Shown here piece after piece: positions 9,956-19,900 of a stretch of DNA of 56,837 nucleotides (position 1 is the stretch's first letter; each line of letters starts with the position of its first letter). The notes under the pieces were generated by a model. It searched no databases. It saw only the letters and a program-made list of their open reading frames with translations, and had not been told where the DNA came from. The position numbers and the translations under genes are program-made. The stretch is from a virus (Duplodnaviria > Caudoviricetes): the IMG/VR virus record IMGVR_UViG_3300042549_007930, positions 1 to 56,837 of that record, one strand, 5' to 3'.

Positions 9956-11669
9956 TTATATAATACAATATTTAAAAGATAAACACAACACTGATACTAT
10001 ATTCACTGTATCAGGAGGAGGATGTATTTTTCTTATAGATTCTTTAGGGCATACTGAGGGAGTTAATTATGTAGCTACCCACCATGAACAAGCAGCAGCT
10101 ATAGCAGCTGAGGGATATGCTAGAATGAATAGTAAATTAGGAGCTTGTATTGTTACAAGTGGTCCTGGTGCTACTAATGCTATGACAGGAACATTATGTA
10201 GTTGGCAAGACTCTATACCTGTTATTTTTATTAGTGGTCAGGTAAATAAAGAATTAACAACTAATTTTACTGGACTACCTTTAAGACAGTTAGGAGACCA
10301 AGAATATAATATTGTTGAGTCAGTTAAAAATATGACAAAGTATGCTGTACAAGTTAATAATGTAGATGATATTAGATTTCATTTAGAAAAAGCTTGTACT
10401 TTAGCAACAACAGGAAGACCAGGTCCTGTATGGTTAGATATACCTCTTAATATACAATCAGCTGAAATTAATCCTGAACAATTGCATGGGTATAATGAAT
10501 CTATTGAGTTTCATCAAGCTAGTGAATTAGATATAGAACAAGTTATTACTAAATGGAATAATGCAAAGAAACCCTTACTATTAGTTGGTAACGGAATAAG
10601 ATTATCAGGAGGAGTAAAGGAGTTAAGAGAATTGCTAACTAAAACTAATATACCAGTTATCTCAGCTGTAAATGGAAATGATATAGTGACTTCTGACTAT
10701 GAACATTACTGTGGTAGATTTGGAACACATGCTCAAATTAGTGCTAATAAATTATTAAGTGAATGTGATTTTTTATTATCAATAGGAAGTAGATTATATG
10801 TAAGACAAACAGGATATAACTTTAAAGGATTTGCTAAACAAGCTCATAGGATATATGTTGATATAGACCAAAATGAGTTAAACAAACCAACTTTATTCCC
10901 TGACCATAAAATACATTCAGATGCTAAAGACTTTATTAATAAGTTATTACAAGAAGATATCAATGTGAGTAATTCAGAATGGTTAGAAGAATGTAAAGAA
11001 AGTAATAAAGCCCCTAAAGTATTACAAAGACATAGAGATAAAAAACATAATACTAGTGTATATGCTTTTATAGAACAGTTATCTAAAGTCTTACCTAAAG
11101 ATCACCATGTGGTAACTAGTGATGGCTCAGCTAATGTAGTTACTATGCAAGTAATGGATTTAACAGGTAATCAAAGATTAATCACAAATACAGGATGTGC
11201 TCCTATGGGTTATGGATTACCAGCTGCAATTGGAGCCGCTACACATAATAAAATAGTTTGTATAGAAGGAGATGGAAGTTTACACTTAAATGTCCATGAA
11301 TTGCAAACTATGAAACATTATAATCTTCCTATTAAATTAATAGTAATTAATAATGATGGGTACTTATCTATAAAGGTATCTCAAAAAACATTCTTTAATG
11401 GTAATTATGTAGCATCAGAAAAAAATAGTGGTGTATCATTTCCTAATTATGAAAAATTAATTAAAGCTTATGACTTACCTTATTTTAATATTACCAATAA
11501 TGATAATATACATCCTACATTAACTAAATTTTTATCTCAAGATGGACCATGTGTATTAGAAGTATTTACAGATCCAGATGAATTCCATGAACCAAAAGTA
11601 GTAGCTAAATTAGATGATGAAGGAAAATTTATACCAGGAGAATTAAATAATATACAATGGATAGAATAA
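9942..11669 (+). CDS. Thiamine-diphosphate enzyme, acetolactate-synthase-like (YerE-type)
   Basis: HHEQAA, TSGPGATN, GRPGPVWLDIP, MGYGLP, GDGS...NN ThDP motif. Confidence 0.9.
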   Translation: MRVSDYIIQYLKDKHNTDTIFTVSGGGCIFLIDSLGHTEGVNYVATHHEQAAAIAAEGYARMNSKLGACIVTSGPGATNAMTGTLCSWQDSIPVIFISGQVNKELTTNFTGLPLRQLGDQEYNIVESVKNMTKYAVQVNNVDDIRFHLEKACTLATTGRPGPVWLDIPLNIQSAEINPEQLHGYNESIEFHQASELDIEQVITKWNNAKKPLLLVGNGIRLSGGVKELRELLTKTNIPVISAVNGNDIVTSDYEHYCGRFGTHAQISANKLLSECDFLLSIGSRLYVRQTGYNFKGFAKQAHRIYVDIDQNELNKPTLFPDHKIHSDAKDFINKLLQEDINVSNSEWLEECKESNKAPKVLQRHRDKKHNTSVYAFIEQLSKVLPKDHHVVTSDGSANVVTMQVMDLTGNQRLITNTGCAPMGYGLPAAIGAATHNKIVCIEGDGSLHLNVHELQTMKHYNLPIKLIVINNDGYLSIKVSQKTFFNGNYVASEKNSGVSFPNYEKLIKAYDLPYFNITNNDNIHPTLTKFLSQDGPCVLEVFTDPDEFHEPKVVAKLDDEGKFIPGELNNIQWIE

Positions 11670-12433
11670 AAATATTAATTACAGGAGGTAATGGTTATAT
11701 TGCTAAAAGCATTACTAACCGTTTATGGGAAAAATACCATATATTATCTCCTGGAAGAGAAGAATTAGATTTACTTGATTCTAAATCAGTAGATGAATTT
11801 TTTGAAGGGAAACATTTTGATGTTGTTATTCATACAGCTACATTAGGTGGAAGTAGATTAAAAGAAGAGGATGAAACAGTTAGTTTTTATAACCTAATTA
11901 TGTTTTATAATCTAATTAGAAAAAAAGAACAGTTTAACAAATTAATATCATTTGGTTCAGGAGCTGAATATAGAACAGAATATACTCCATATGGCTTTAG
12001 TAAGAAGATTATAAATAAACTTATTCACAAGTATGATAATTTTTATAATTTAAGAATATATGCTGTATTTGATGAAAAAGAAAAAGATACACGTTTTATC
12101 AAATCTAGTATACAACGTTACTTAAATAATGAGCCTATAGTTATACACCAAGATAAATTAATGGATTTTATTTATATGCCTGACTTAATTTCTATAATTG
12201 AATTTTATATAACAGGAACTAATTTACAAAAAGAAATAGATTGTATATATGATGATACAGTTTCATTAAGTAATATAGCTAAGCAAATAAATAACTTATC
12301 AATAAATAAAGTCCCAATTAATATACAAAACCCTACCCCAGGAGAAAATTATATAGGAACTTATAATGAGCTGCCAATAGCTTATATAGGATTAGAAAAT
12401 GGAATTAAAAACGTTTTTGATAGATTAAAATGA
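11657..12433 (+). CDS. NAD-dependent epimerase/dehydratase
   Basis: TGGNGYIA, FGSGAEY, YGFSK. Confidence 0.85.
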   Translation: MDRIKILITGGNGYIAKSITNRLWEKYHILSPGREELDLLDSKSVDEFFEGKHFDVVIHTATLGGSRLKEEDETVSFYNLIMFYNLIRKKEQFNKLISFGSGAEYRTEYTPYGFSKKIINKLIHKYDNFYNLRIYAVFDEKEKDTRFIKSSIQRYLNNEPIVIHQDKLMDFIYMPDLISIIEFYITGTNLQKEIDCIYDDTVSLSNIAKQINNLSINKVPINIQNPTPGENYIGTYNELPIAYIGLENGIKNVFDRLK

Positions 12434-13359
12434 ATATAAAAATTATTATACATTTGATGCCTTGGGAGATAGATTATGCCTTATTAACCTATACCCAACT
12501 TAAAAAAACTAAATATCATTTACCTGATGATGTTAATGTTTATGTTGAAACGGTTTTAAATTTATCTAATTATACTATTGATTGGGATCAAACTAAATTT
12601 CCTAAACAATACTTTATAGACAAATACACTCAATTAGCTCCACTACTTAAAGATTATAATCATATAAGTAGAATACATGATAATGAAAATTTATATGGGC
12701 ATTTAGATTTACAACGAGAATGTATAGCACCTGAAATTGATTATTATTTAGGTATTTGCCCTGATATATATTTTAGTGAGTACACTTTACCTTATTTAAT
12801 AGAAAGTGCTAGACAAATAACTAATAAGTATTTTATCATAACACCTAACATATCAAAAGTAGGTGATGCTGATTGGGATGAAATTACAAACCCTAAATAT
12901 TTAGATATCCCTTACTCAGATTACCTCAAAGTAGATATATTTGATATCAGAAATGATAATAAAAATTTAAATCAAGATGTAAGTTTATACCCAACTAAAA
13001 AAAGTAAATTTGCGGGTTGGTTTGATTTTTGTAGTAAATCATTTTATGAAGATTTATGTCCAGTCCAAGAAGATTGGGTGGGTTATGGACCTTGGGATTG
13101 GTACTCATTAATGATAACTAATTATGTTAAGTCATTAGGAGTAGATTTTCAGCAGTACTTACTTCAAGGAGAAACTATTTGGATGTATCCATCAGGCCCT
13201 TTAGTAGGAGATAATATTGATGGGTTTTCAAAATATTATAGAGATCATATAGTTTTTAAAGAAGGTGATAAACATTCTCAAAGAGCTTTATTTGAATCTA
13301 AAATGCAAGAATATCTTGAAAGAGGAATACAAACTTTAAAAGACAAAAATATAATATGA
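12430..13359 (+). CDS. Putative glycosyltransferase-like protein
   Basis: CPDIYF (DxD-like), GYGPWD; context. Confidence 0.45.
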   Translation: MNIKIIIHLMPWEIDYALLTYTQLKKTKYHLPDDVNVYVETVLNLSNYTIDWDQTKFPKQYFIDKYTQLAPLLKDYNHISRIHDNENLYGHLDLQRECIAPEIDYYLGICPDIYFSEYTLPYLIESARQITNKYFIITPNISKVGDADWDEITNPKYLDIPYSDYLKVDIFDIRNDNKNLNQDVSLYPTKKSKFAGWFDFCSKSFYEDLCPVQEDWVGYGPWDWYSLMITNYVKSLGVDFQQYLLQGETIWMYPSGPLVGDNIDGFSKYYRDHIVFKEGDKHSQRALFESKMQEYLERGIQTLKDKNII

Positions 13360-14288
13360 TTTCACTTATAATACCAACAATAGGTACTAACTCAGACTAC
13401 ACTGATAATTTAATTAACAATATTAGGGATTTATACCCTAATGAAAATGAAGTTGAAATAGTACTTCATATAGATGACACTGTAACTTTAGGAGTAAATT
13501 ACAATAATGCTGTGGCTAAAGCTAAAGGTGATAAAATTATTTTACTTCATAACGATATGATTATATCTAAGGGGTTTATTGAAACCATGGATAAACATAT
13601 TCAAAAAGGTAGAGTAACAACTTATACTAGGATTGAACCACCCATCTATAATGATACTTACCCAGGTAAAGTAATTTTAGACTGTGGAGGTGATTTAAAA
13701 ACATTTAATAAGGATAAATTTGATAATTTTAATATTGAAGAATCTTTAATAGATGGTGGCTCACAATTATTCTTTGGTTGTATGAAAGAAGATTATATTG
13801 GTATTGATGGTTATACCTTTAAAATGTTTTGTGAGGATGATGACTTACATTTAAGATATAAATTAGCTAATTTTGAACATAAAGTATCTTCAGCTCATGT
13901 TTACCATTTTGTAAGTAAAACTTCTAGAGCTAAAACTGACTATAAAGAAATTGAAAGTGAATCTAATATGGCTTTTATTAAAAAATGGGGATTCAGAAAC
14001 TCTCAATTCAATAAAGTATATAAAACTTATTATAACATAAAAGGAGATTTCCCAGCTTTATCATGGTGGATAAATCATTTTTCAACATCTATTTTAGAAG
14101 AAGCAAATATTATTGTAGATGTGGATGTTAGTAAATTTGAACAAAATGATCAAAATAATATTTTACAAATGTCTGATATTATATCTTCTAATAATGAAAT
14201 AGGTGAGTTTGAATTAGGTAATTTAAAAGTAAAAGTTAAATCCTTAGATTCATATGAGAAAGATTTAATATATCTTAAAAATAATTAA
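13356..14288 (+). CDS. Glycosyltransferase family 2
   Basis: ISLIIP, LLHNDM, FCEDDDL, VYHFVS. Confidence 0.85.
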   Translation: MISLIIPTIGTNSDYTDNLINNIRDLYPNENEVEIVLHIDDTVTLGVNYNNAVAKAKGDKIILLHNDMIISKGFIETMDKHIQKGRVTTYTRIEPPIYNDTYPGKVILDCGGDLKTFNKDKFDNFNIEESLIDGGSQLFFGCMKEDYIGIDGYTFKMFCEDDDLHLRYKLANFEHKVSSAHVYHFVSKTSRAKTDYKEIESESNMAFIKKWGFRNSQFNKVYKTYYNIKGDFPALSWWINHFSTSILEEANIIVDVDVSKFEQNDQNNILQMSDIISSNNEIGEFELGNLKVKVKSLDSYEKDLIYLKNN

Positions 14289-14309
14289 TATTTATACCAA
14301 AATAAAACT

Positions 14310-14732
14310 ATGGCTTATAAATTAAAAGAATTCTTCTTAGGTGAAGATTTACTTAACGAAGAAGGAGAATTAAATTACAACGCTACCTTTAATGGTGAAA
14401 AGTTTAAAGTGGTAGTTGATGTAAATAAAAATCCAAGTAAAAAAGGTATTAAAGTTAAATTCTACCCTGTTAATCAAGAGGGTATGGTAATTTCTAATTT
14501 AACACCTGAAGAAATTGATACATTGCAAAACAGTTTAGCAACTACTATATCTAAAAAATTCATTGACTATGGTTTAGAATTTGATAGAGATACAGACGCT
14601 CCAGATAAACAAGCAGCTAACTTCCAAATACCATTAGACTCAGTATTTACATTTATTAGAGATAAAGTATTAGGTAGTACACCTGAAAACGATCCAGAAG
14701 AAGAAGTTCCGGCAGATGAAGAAAACGCCTAA
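14310..14732 (+). CDS. Hypothetical late protein (possible head-internal protein)
   Basis: Preceded by TATTTATA; LKE/LNE motifs; acidic tail. Confidence 0.55.
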   Translation: MAYKLKEFFLGEDLLNEEGELNYNATFNGEKFKVVVDVNKNPSKKGIKVKFYPVNQEGMVISNLTPEEIDTLQNSLATTISKKFIDYGLEFDRDTDAPDKQAANFQIPLDSVFTFIRDKVLGSTPENDPEEEVPADEENA

Positions 14733-15024
14733 TATAGTATTTATAGATTATAGTTTAAGGGGTATCATGGATACCCTTTTTACCCCTAAAATACAAAAGT
14801 TATTATTTGAAAATGTTTTTATAAGTATAAAAAGTGCTTTAAAAACTAAAAAGAAAGAGGTTGTCATATGTGATATCACTCAAATAGAAACTAGTATATT
14901 AATACCTAAAACTCATTGGGTTAATGCTTTAAAATCTGTTTTAGAATATTATGTTAGAGTTGAAGACTACTCAATGTGTACTCAAGTTAATAAACTAATT
15001 AAAGATATAGAAGATGGACGATGA
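14716..15024 (+). CDS. Hypothetical protein with a UvrB/UvrC-like C-terminal motif
   Basis: LEYYVRVEDYSMC; start uncertain. Confidence 0.5.
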   Translation: MKKTPNIVFIDYSLRGIMDTLFTPKIQKLLFENVFISIKSALKTKKKEVVICDITQIETSILIPKTHWVNALKSVLEYYVRVEDYSMCTQVNKLIKDIEDGR

Positions 15025-15442
15025 ATTAAAACATAACTTAGAAGCCGGATTCAATAAATTATTTAACTCCCCAGTTATAATAAGAAAGAAAAAACGTGAT
15101 CAGGCTCTAAAGAAAAAAGCGTTATTTATATCTTTAATAACCCAATACGAAATTTCCCTTAACAAATCAGTTAAATTACAAGAAGAATATGCTATTGATT
15201 TATTTGACTATGAAGGGGCATATTATGAAATTATAGACAAGTTAATGTTGTTAATGTGGGGTGGTGATGTTTATGAAATAATAACTTACTATTTATATGA
15301 GCGACTTAATTTAGATGGTAGTTTAAATAGTATAATTGAAACTAATGAAGAAGGAATAGAAACTGAAGTGTTCTTAAAAACCTCTGAGGAGTTATATAAT
15401 TACCTAATAAAAATCAATCCAAATTTCTTAAACGAAAAATAA
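15014..15442 (+). CDS. Hypothetical protein
   Basis: 142 aa ORF overlapping the previous gene. Confidence 0.65.
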   Translation: MDDELKHNLEAGFNKLFNSPVIIRKKKRDQALKKKALFISLITQYEISLNKSVKLQEEYAIDLFDYEGAYYEIIDKLMLLMWGGDVYEIITYYLYERLNLDGSLNSIIETNEEGIETEVFLKTSEELYNYLIKINPNFLNEK

Positions 15443-15447
15443 GTTAT

Positions 15448-16104
15448 ATGGCTAGAGCAGCTAAAATATTCTCTAAGGAAGATTTACTTAGGGCAATGAA
15501 GGTGACTAAAAGTGTTAGAGCAGCAGCTCGTTACTTAAATTGTTCGTACCAACATCTTAAACCCTATATGAAATCTTATAGGTTAGATGATAATGACATT
15601 AACTCCCCTACTCTATTTGAAACTCATAAAAACCAAGTTGGTAAAGGTATTCCTAAATTCTTAACTAACCATGGTAAGGGACCTGACTTACAAAAACTAT
15701 TATCAGGTGAATTATACACTGAATCATATAGTATAGATAAATTCAAGCAACGTCTAATAACTGAGGCTATACTGCCTGAAGAATGTTCATGTTGTGGATT
15801 TAAAGAACAACGAGTATCAGATTATAGAGTACCTTTACTATTAAGTTTTAAAGATTATAATAAACGTAATTGGAAAAGAGACAATATAGAGTTCTTATGC
15901 TACAACTGTTACTTTTTAACTATCGGAGACATATTTTCAGCTAAACAAATTCAAGGTATAGAAGATTATAAAGACGTTCCTAAAGTACAAGAGGTAAAAT
16001 GGGAAATGGATGATAACACTTATGACCATTTTAAATCATTAGGGTTAATAGGCAATGATGAAATTGAAAATGAGGAAGACGATATAATATCTTATAATAA
16101 ATAG
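15448..16104 (+). CDS. HTH + Zn-binding degenerate HNH-like protein
   Basis: SVRAAARYLNCSY helix-turn-helix; CSCCG...N...N..FLCYNC; catalytic His not apparent. Confidence 0.6.
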   Translation: MARAAKIFSKEDLLRAMKVTKSVRAAARYLNCSYQHLKPYMKSYRLDDNDINSPTLFETHKNQVGKGIPKFLTNHGKGPDLQKLLSGELYTESYSIDKFKQRLITEAILPEECSCCGFKEQRVSDYRVPLLLSFKDYNKRNWKRDNIEFLCYNCYFLTIGDIFSAKQIQGIEDYKDVPKVQEVKWEMDDNTYDHFKSLGLIGNDEIENEEDDIISYNK

Positions 16105-16168
16105 CTTTGGCTACCTAATATCTCTTTTATATATTTATAGCATATAAATTAAAACGTAAAACATAAAA

Positions 16169-16393
16169 ATGGAAAACACATTCAACTTAAAAAAATACCT
16201 TGCTGAAGGAAAATTAACTGAAAATGAAGAGGTAAATGAAAATGAAACCTTAAATGAAGGAGCATTAAACTTTTCACCTGAAGAAATAGAAATATTAAAA
16301 GATGGTTTAGGTTGGATACTTGAATATCAAGAAGGTGTTGCTTCTGATGAGTATATTAATGCTGTTAAAGAATTAGAAGCAAAATTAGGATAA
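16169..16393 (+). CDS. Small acidic late protein (possible head-internal protein)
   Basis: TATTTATA upstream; FNLKKYLAE and repeated L/V-x-E. Confidence 0.6.
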   Translation: MENTFNLKKYLAEGKLTENEEVNENETLNEGALNFSPEEIEILKDGLGWILEYQEGVASDEYINAVKELEAKLG

Positions 16394-16469
16394 AATCCTC
16401 ACCCACTATATAAAAAATGTTTGGCTCCCATAGGGAGCCTTCATATATTTAGGTATTAAAATAAAAGTT

Positions 16470-16892
16470 ATGTTATACCAAGTATCAAATGAATGGAAAT
16501 GTGGGTTTATGGAAGATTTTATAGCCTACTCTAAAGGTGGTTATACATTAGATTCACCCCAAACTAAAATATCTATTGTAAAAGTATTCAAATATAAAAT
16601 TGAATCCAGACAAACACCTGGTATAGCTAATATAAAAGGTAAAAAATTTATAACACCAGGTTGGATACCATGTCACCCAAACACTGAGTTGAGTGATATT
16701 ACTTGGATACAAAAAGTATCAAAACAAGAACAAGTAAAGGAAATTGATACATGGAGATTCAAATCTTCAAGTAATGATGGTGAGTATGTTACTAAACGAA
16801 ATGGTTTTAAATATACTTGTAACTGTCCTGGATTTTGGAGAGCTAAAGATAGAGAATGTAAACATATTAAAGAAGTAAAGGGCAAACAATAA
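16470..16892 (+). CDS. SWIM zinc-finger protein
   Basis: C-terminal YTCNCPGF...CKHI. Confidence 0.75.
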   Translation: MLYQVSNEWKCGFMEDFIAYSKGGYTLDSPQTKISIVKVFKYKIESRQTPGIANIKGKKFITPGWIPCHPNTELSDITWIQKVSKQEQVKEIDTWRFKSSSNDGEYVTKRNGFKYTCNCPGFWRAKDRECKHIKEVKGKQ

Positions 16893-16897
16893 TATTT

Positions 16898-17128
16898 ATG
16901 AATATGATAACAACTGAGTACATACATAAATTTATTGATCATACTATTATAAAGTATGTTCCTGAAGGTATAGACCCTATATTACATGTTAATGCTAGAG
17001 TTGAAATTAGATCTGTTATAATGAAATTGTTAAAACAAAATCAATTACCTCTAAAATTATCTCTAATTAAATTGGTTATAATAGATTACAAAGATATACT
17101 TCACGCTAAATATTCTGTGTTAAATTAG
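16898..17128 (+). CDS. Hypothetical protein
   Basis: 76 aa ORF in gene row. Confidence 0.55.
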   Translation: MNMITTEYIHKFIDHTIIKYVPEGIDPILHVNARVEIRSVIMKLLKQNQLPLKLSLIKLVIIDYKDILHAKYSVLN

Positions 17129-17181
17129 GCTCCCCAAATTTGATTTCGTATATTAAGGTATAATTAAAATTAAATGTTATG
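17125..17181 (+). promoter_or_regulatory. Early-type promoter/leader (Bacteroidota sigma-A-like)
   Basis: TTAGG-N15-TTCGTATATT..GTTATG; other copies outside the array at ~19852, 20999, 22329; variants at ~3606, 16106, 16420, 23408, 34104, 56555. Confidence 0.75.
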
Positions 17182-17541
17182 ACTAAAGCACCAAATAGAG
17201 GAAGACCAACTGAAAATGATACTCCAATACTTCAGTACACTCAGAATTTTAAAGAACATACAGGTGAAACATTTACTTGGAATTGGGACAAAACTCGATT
17301 CCCAAATGGACCATTAAGTGTTGAAATTAAAGACCCACAATGGAGCACTTTTGACAGATTAGAAAATAAATTAGCAGCATTATTATCTCAATATGAAGTA
17401 AAAGGTAGTGAGCGTAAAAAACGAATTACCAAAACTGATAAATTAGAAATAGAAGCATTAGAAAGTGAAATAAATGAAATATGGTATGGTTTCTATCCTG
17501 AAGACAGACCTAAAGTAAGAAAAAACGCTAAACGTAAATAA
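17179..17541 (+). CDS. Hypothetical protein
   Basis: Directly follows a promoter/leader repeat. Confidence 0.7.
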   Translation: MTKAPNRGRPTENDTPILQYTQNFKEHTGETFTWNWDKTRFPNGPLSVEIKDPQWSTFDRLENKLAALLSQYEVKGSERKKRITKTDKLEIEALESEINEIWYGFYPEDRPKVRKNAKRK

Positions 17542-17862
17542 ATGAAGGCTAAACAACTTAAATTCAAAAATTTAGATGAACTAATGGAGTTCAATGAAGA
17601 TCAAGTTCGTGACATACACCTTCATACTTTTAAATTCTTAAGACAAGAATGGAATAAAAATAAAAAGTTTAGTGATGTAGATCTTTTCAATGTAGATTTT
17701 GAAGACGATGATGAATTTGAAAATATAATTTTAACTATTCATTCTAATGAATGGATTAAAGCTTTAGAATTAGGGTTAGAATATTTTGTAGAACAAGAAG
17801 AATACGAGACATGTGCTCACATTAGAAATTTATTAATTAAAATTAAAACTAAAAAGAAATGA
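17542..17862 (+). CDS. UvrB/UvrC-motif protein
   Basis: LEYFVEQEEYETCAHIRNLL. Confidence 0.6.
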   Translation: MKAKQLKFKNLDELMEFNEDQVRDIHLHTFKFLRQEWNKNKKFSDVDLFNVDFEDDDEFENIILTIHSNEWIKALELGLEYFVEQEEYETCAHIRNLLIKIKTKKK

Positions 17863-18065
17863 GTTATTTTCAAGCAACAGTAGAAATCCTTGACATGAAT
17901 GAAAAAGGTAAACAATCAAAAAACAGAGAGTTATATTTAGTAGATGCTGTTTCGGTAACAGACGCAGAAGTTAAAGTAACAAAAATGTTTGAAGACGAAG
18001 GTTCACAAGTGGATTTTCAAGTAAAAAGTGTTAGAGAAACAAAGATTTTACAAGTAATTGAATAA
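17859..18065 (+). CDS. DUF4494-like protein
   Basis: ELYLVDAVSVTDAE motif typical of Bacteroidota and their phages. Confidence 0.65.
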   Translation: MSYFQATVEILDMNEKGKQSKNRELYLVDAVSVTDAEVKVTKMFEDEGSQVDFQVKSVRETKILQVIE

Positions 18066-18115
18066 AAGCTTTTTGAAGCACACCCCATCCTTAGATACGT
18101 ATATACGCCACAAAC

Positions 18116-18325
18116 ATGAATTACCTTTATAAACATAATGATAAATTGTATTTGGTACTTAGAAACATGCCCGAACATAATTTTAAAAATAAGGATGGGT
18201 CTTTTAACATGGAGGTTTTAAAGGCATGGCGCGATCATTTAGGTGGCGACCATGTCTTAAAACAAAATGATAGATTTTTAATAGTAGAAACAATACAAGA
18301 AATAGAATATGAAACAAGTAATTAG
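18116..18325 (+). CDS. Hypothetical protein
   Basis: 69 aa ORF; TACGTATA upstream. Confidence 0.6.
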   Translation: MNYLYKHNDKLYLVLRNMPEHNFKNKDGSFNMEVLKAWRDHLGGDHVLKQNDRFLIVETIQEIEYETSN

Positions 18326-18560
18326 ATTTACAGCCACTTGGTGTGGTCCATGTAAAATGTATGCTCCAACATTTGAAAGAGTAGCCTCAGAAGTATCAGG
18401 AGTACAATTTAAAACAATTGATGTTGATTCAGGAGACCCATTAATAATGAAGTTAGGAATTAGAAACGTGCCAACAACAGTTATATTAGAAGGAGATAAA
18501 GTACTTCAAAAACAATCTGGGAATATGGGAGCGGAACAGTTGAAACAACTTATTGGATAA
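18309..18560 (+). CDS. Thioredoxin
   Basis: FTATWCGPCK, IDVD, VPT. Confidence 0.92.
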   Translation: MKQVIRFTATWCGPCKMYAPTFERVASEVSGVQFKTIDVDSGDPLIMKLGIRNVPTTVILEGDKVLQKQSGNMGAEQLKQLIG

Positions 18561-18562
18561 AA

Positions 18563-19588
18563 ATGATTAAACAACAATTTGAAAAATATAAAATAAGTCA
18601 GATGCAATTAGACCCCTTTGGGGTCTGCAATGCTAAATGTTGGTTTTGCCCTGTTAAGTATAAAGGTAATCCTAAAGAGGGTAAAGAGGTTATGTCTATA
18701 GAATTGTTGGAGAAAATCATTGTTAATTTACTTGAGGAACGAGGTAGAGAAGATGGTTTAGTAAGTAAGAGTTTTAATGGGTTTTATACCGCCCATTATA
18801 ATGAAATACTATTATACCCTCATTTTGAAGAGATGTTAAAGTTATGTAAAAAATATAGATTACATACTTTAGTATTAACAAATGGGGTTCCAATGACTCC
18901 TGAAAAAACTGATTTGATAAAACAATACCCTGAAGTAATAACTGGAGTATGTTTTAATACACCTGCATTTGAAGCAGATGTATGGAGTAAACGTAGTGGA
19001 ATTAATATTAAACAATTTGATAAATTAATTAATAATATTAAATACGCTACTGAAAACTTACCTGATTTAGTTAGGGGAGGAGCTTTATCAATTCAAGTAA
19101 ATGGAGTAAATGAAAATTCATTCAGTGATAGAGGGGGTTGGTTAGATAAAGGTTTAGAGTTTCCAACTGACATTGATTTAGATCAATATAAAGGAGAATT
19201 AATTACTCAAGCTAATTTAGCTAGAGAAATGTTTCCGGGAGTTCAAGTGTATGAAGTACCTTCATTAATTGATAGAGCAGGTTTATTAGATAATATTATT
19301 ACTAATAAAGAGGCTATTAAGAGAAATTTACAAGGGTACAATGAAAATAAAAAAGTAATTGGTTGTGGAAATGGTATAGAGGTAGGAGGAAGACCTATAG
19401 GGTGGATACATATTAACGCAGCGGGTGATGCTTTCTTATGTTGTAATGATTATGATTTTGATTTTAAATTTGGTAACTTCAAAACACAAGAATTGAGAGA
19501 TTTTTGGGGTACAGAAGAACATATCAATTTAGTACAAAAGTCTTATGATACAATATGTAGAAATTGTGCATCTGCAATATTTGAATAA
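18563..19588 (+). CDS. Radical SAM protein with SPASM/twitch domain
   Basis: CNAKCWFC, TNG, G..FLCCND, CRNC. Confidence 0.88.
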   Translation: MIKQQFEKYKISQMQLDPFGVCNAKCWFCPVKYKGNPKEGKEVMSIELLEKIIVNLLEERGREDGLVSKSFNGFYTAHYNEILLYPHFEEMLKLCKKYRLHTLVLTNGVPMTPEKTDLIKQYPEVITGVCFNTPAFEADVWSKRSGINIKQFDKLINNIKYATENLPDLVRGGALSIQVNGVNENSFSDRGGWLDKGLEFPTDIDLDQYKGELITQANLAREMFPGVQVYEVPSLIDRAGLLDNIITNKEAIKRNLQGYNENKKVIGCGNGIEVGGRPIGWIHINAAGDAFLCCNDYDFDFKFGNFKTQELRDFWGTEEHINLVQKSYDTICRNCASAIFE

Positions 19589-19590
19589 TT

Positions 19591-19845
19591 ATGAATAAAA
19601 TACAAGAAATTTTTACAGCATGGGCAATATCATTTGACCCAAACCAAGCTCAATCTGATTTAGCAAGTGAGAGAATTCAAATTTGTAATGAATGTGAATT
19701 TAAAGCTACAATACCTATTATACATTGTAGTTTATGTGGTTGTGCCTTAAGAGCTAAGATTTTTACACCTCTTAAAGGAACAGAAGAAACACCTACTTGC
19801 CCTAAACATAAATGGAAAGAAGTAGAGGAGAAATACCTACCGTAG
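19591..19845 (+). CDS. Small Cys-rich metal-binding protein
   Basis: RIQICNEC...CSLCGC...K...CP.HKW. Confidence 0.7.
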   Translation: MNKIQEIFTAWAISFDPNQAQSDLASERIQICNECEFKATIPIIHCSLCGCALRAKIFTPLKGTEETPTCPKHKWKEVEEKYLP

Positions 19846-19900
19846 GAAATGTTTGGAAAACCAAAACGCATTTCGTATATTAAAGCATAAATTTAAAAAT

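Noticed and set aside
8939-11669. Shikimate (aroB) and branched-chain amino acid (ilvB) auxiliary metabolic genes
   Set aside because: Context among nucleotide-sugar genes and the absence of other aro/ilv genes favour sugar-biosynthesis paralogs.
19853-19900. N-terminal extensions of ORFs 19853 and 29426
   Set aside because: The TTG starts fall in the -33 box of the promoter repeat; the true ATGs are at 19901 and 29480.
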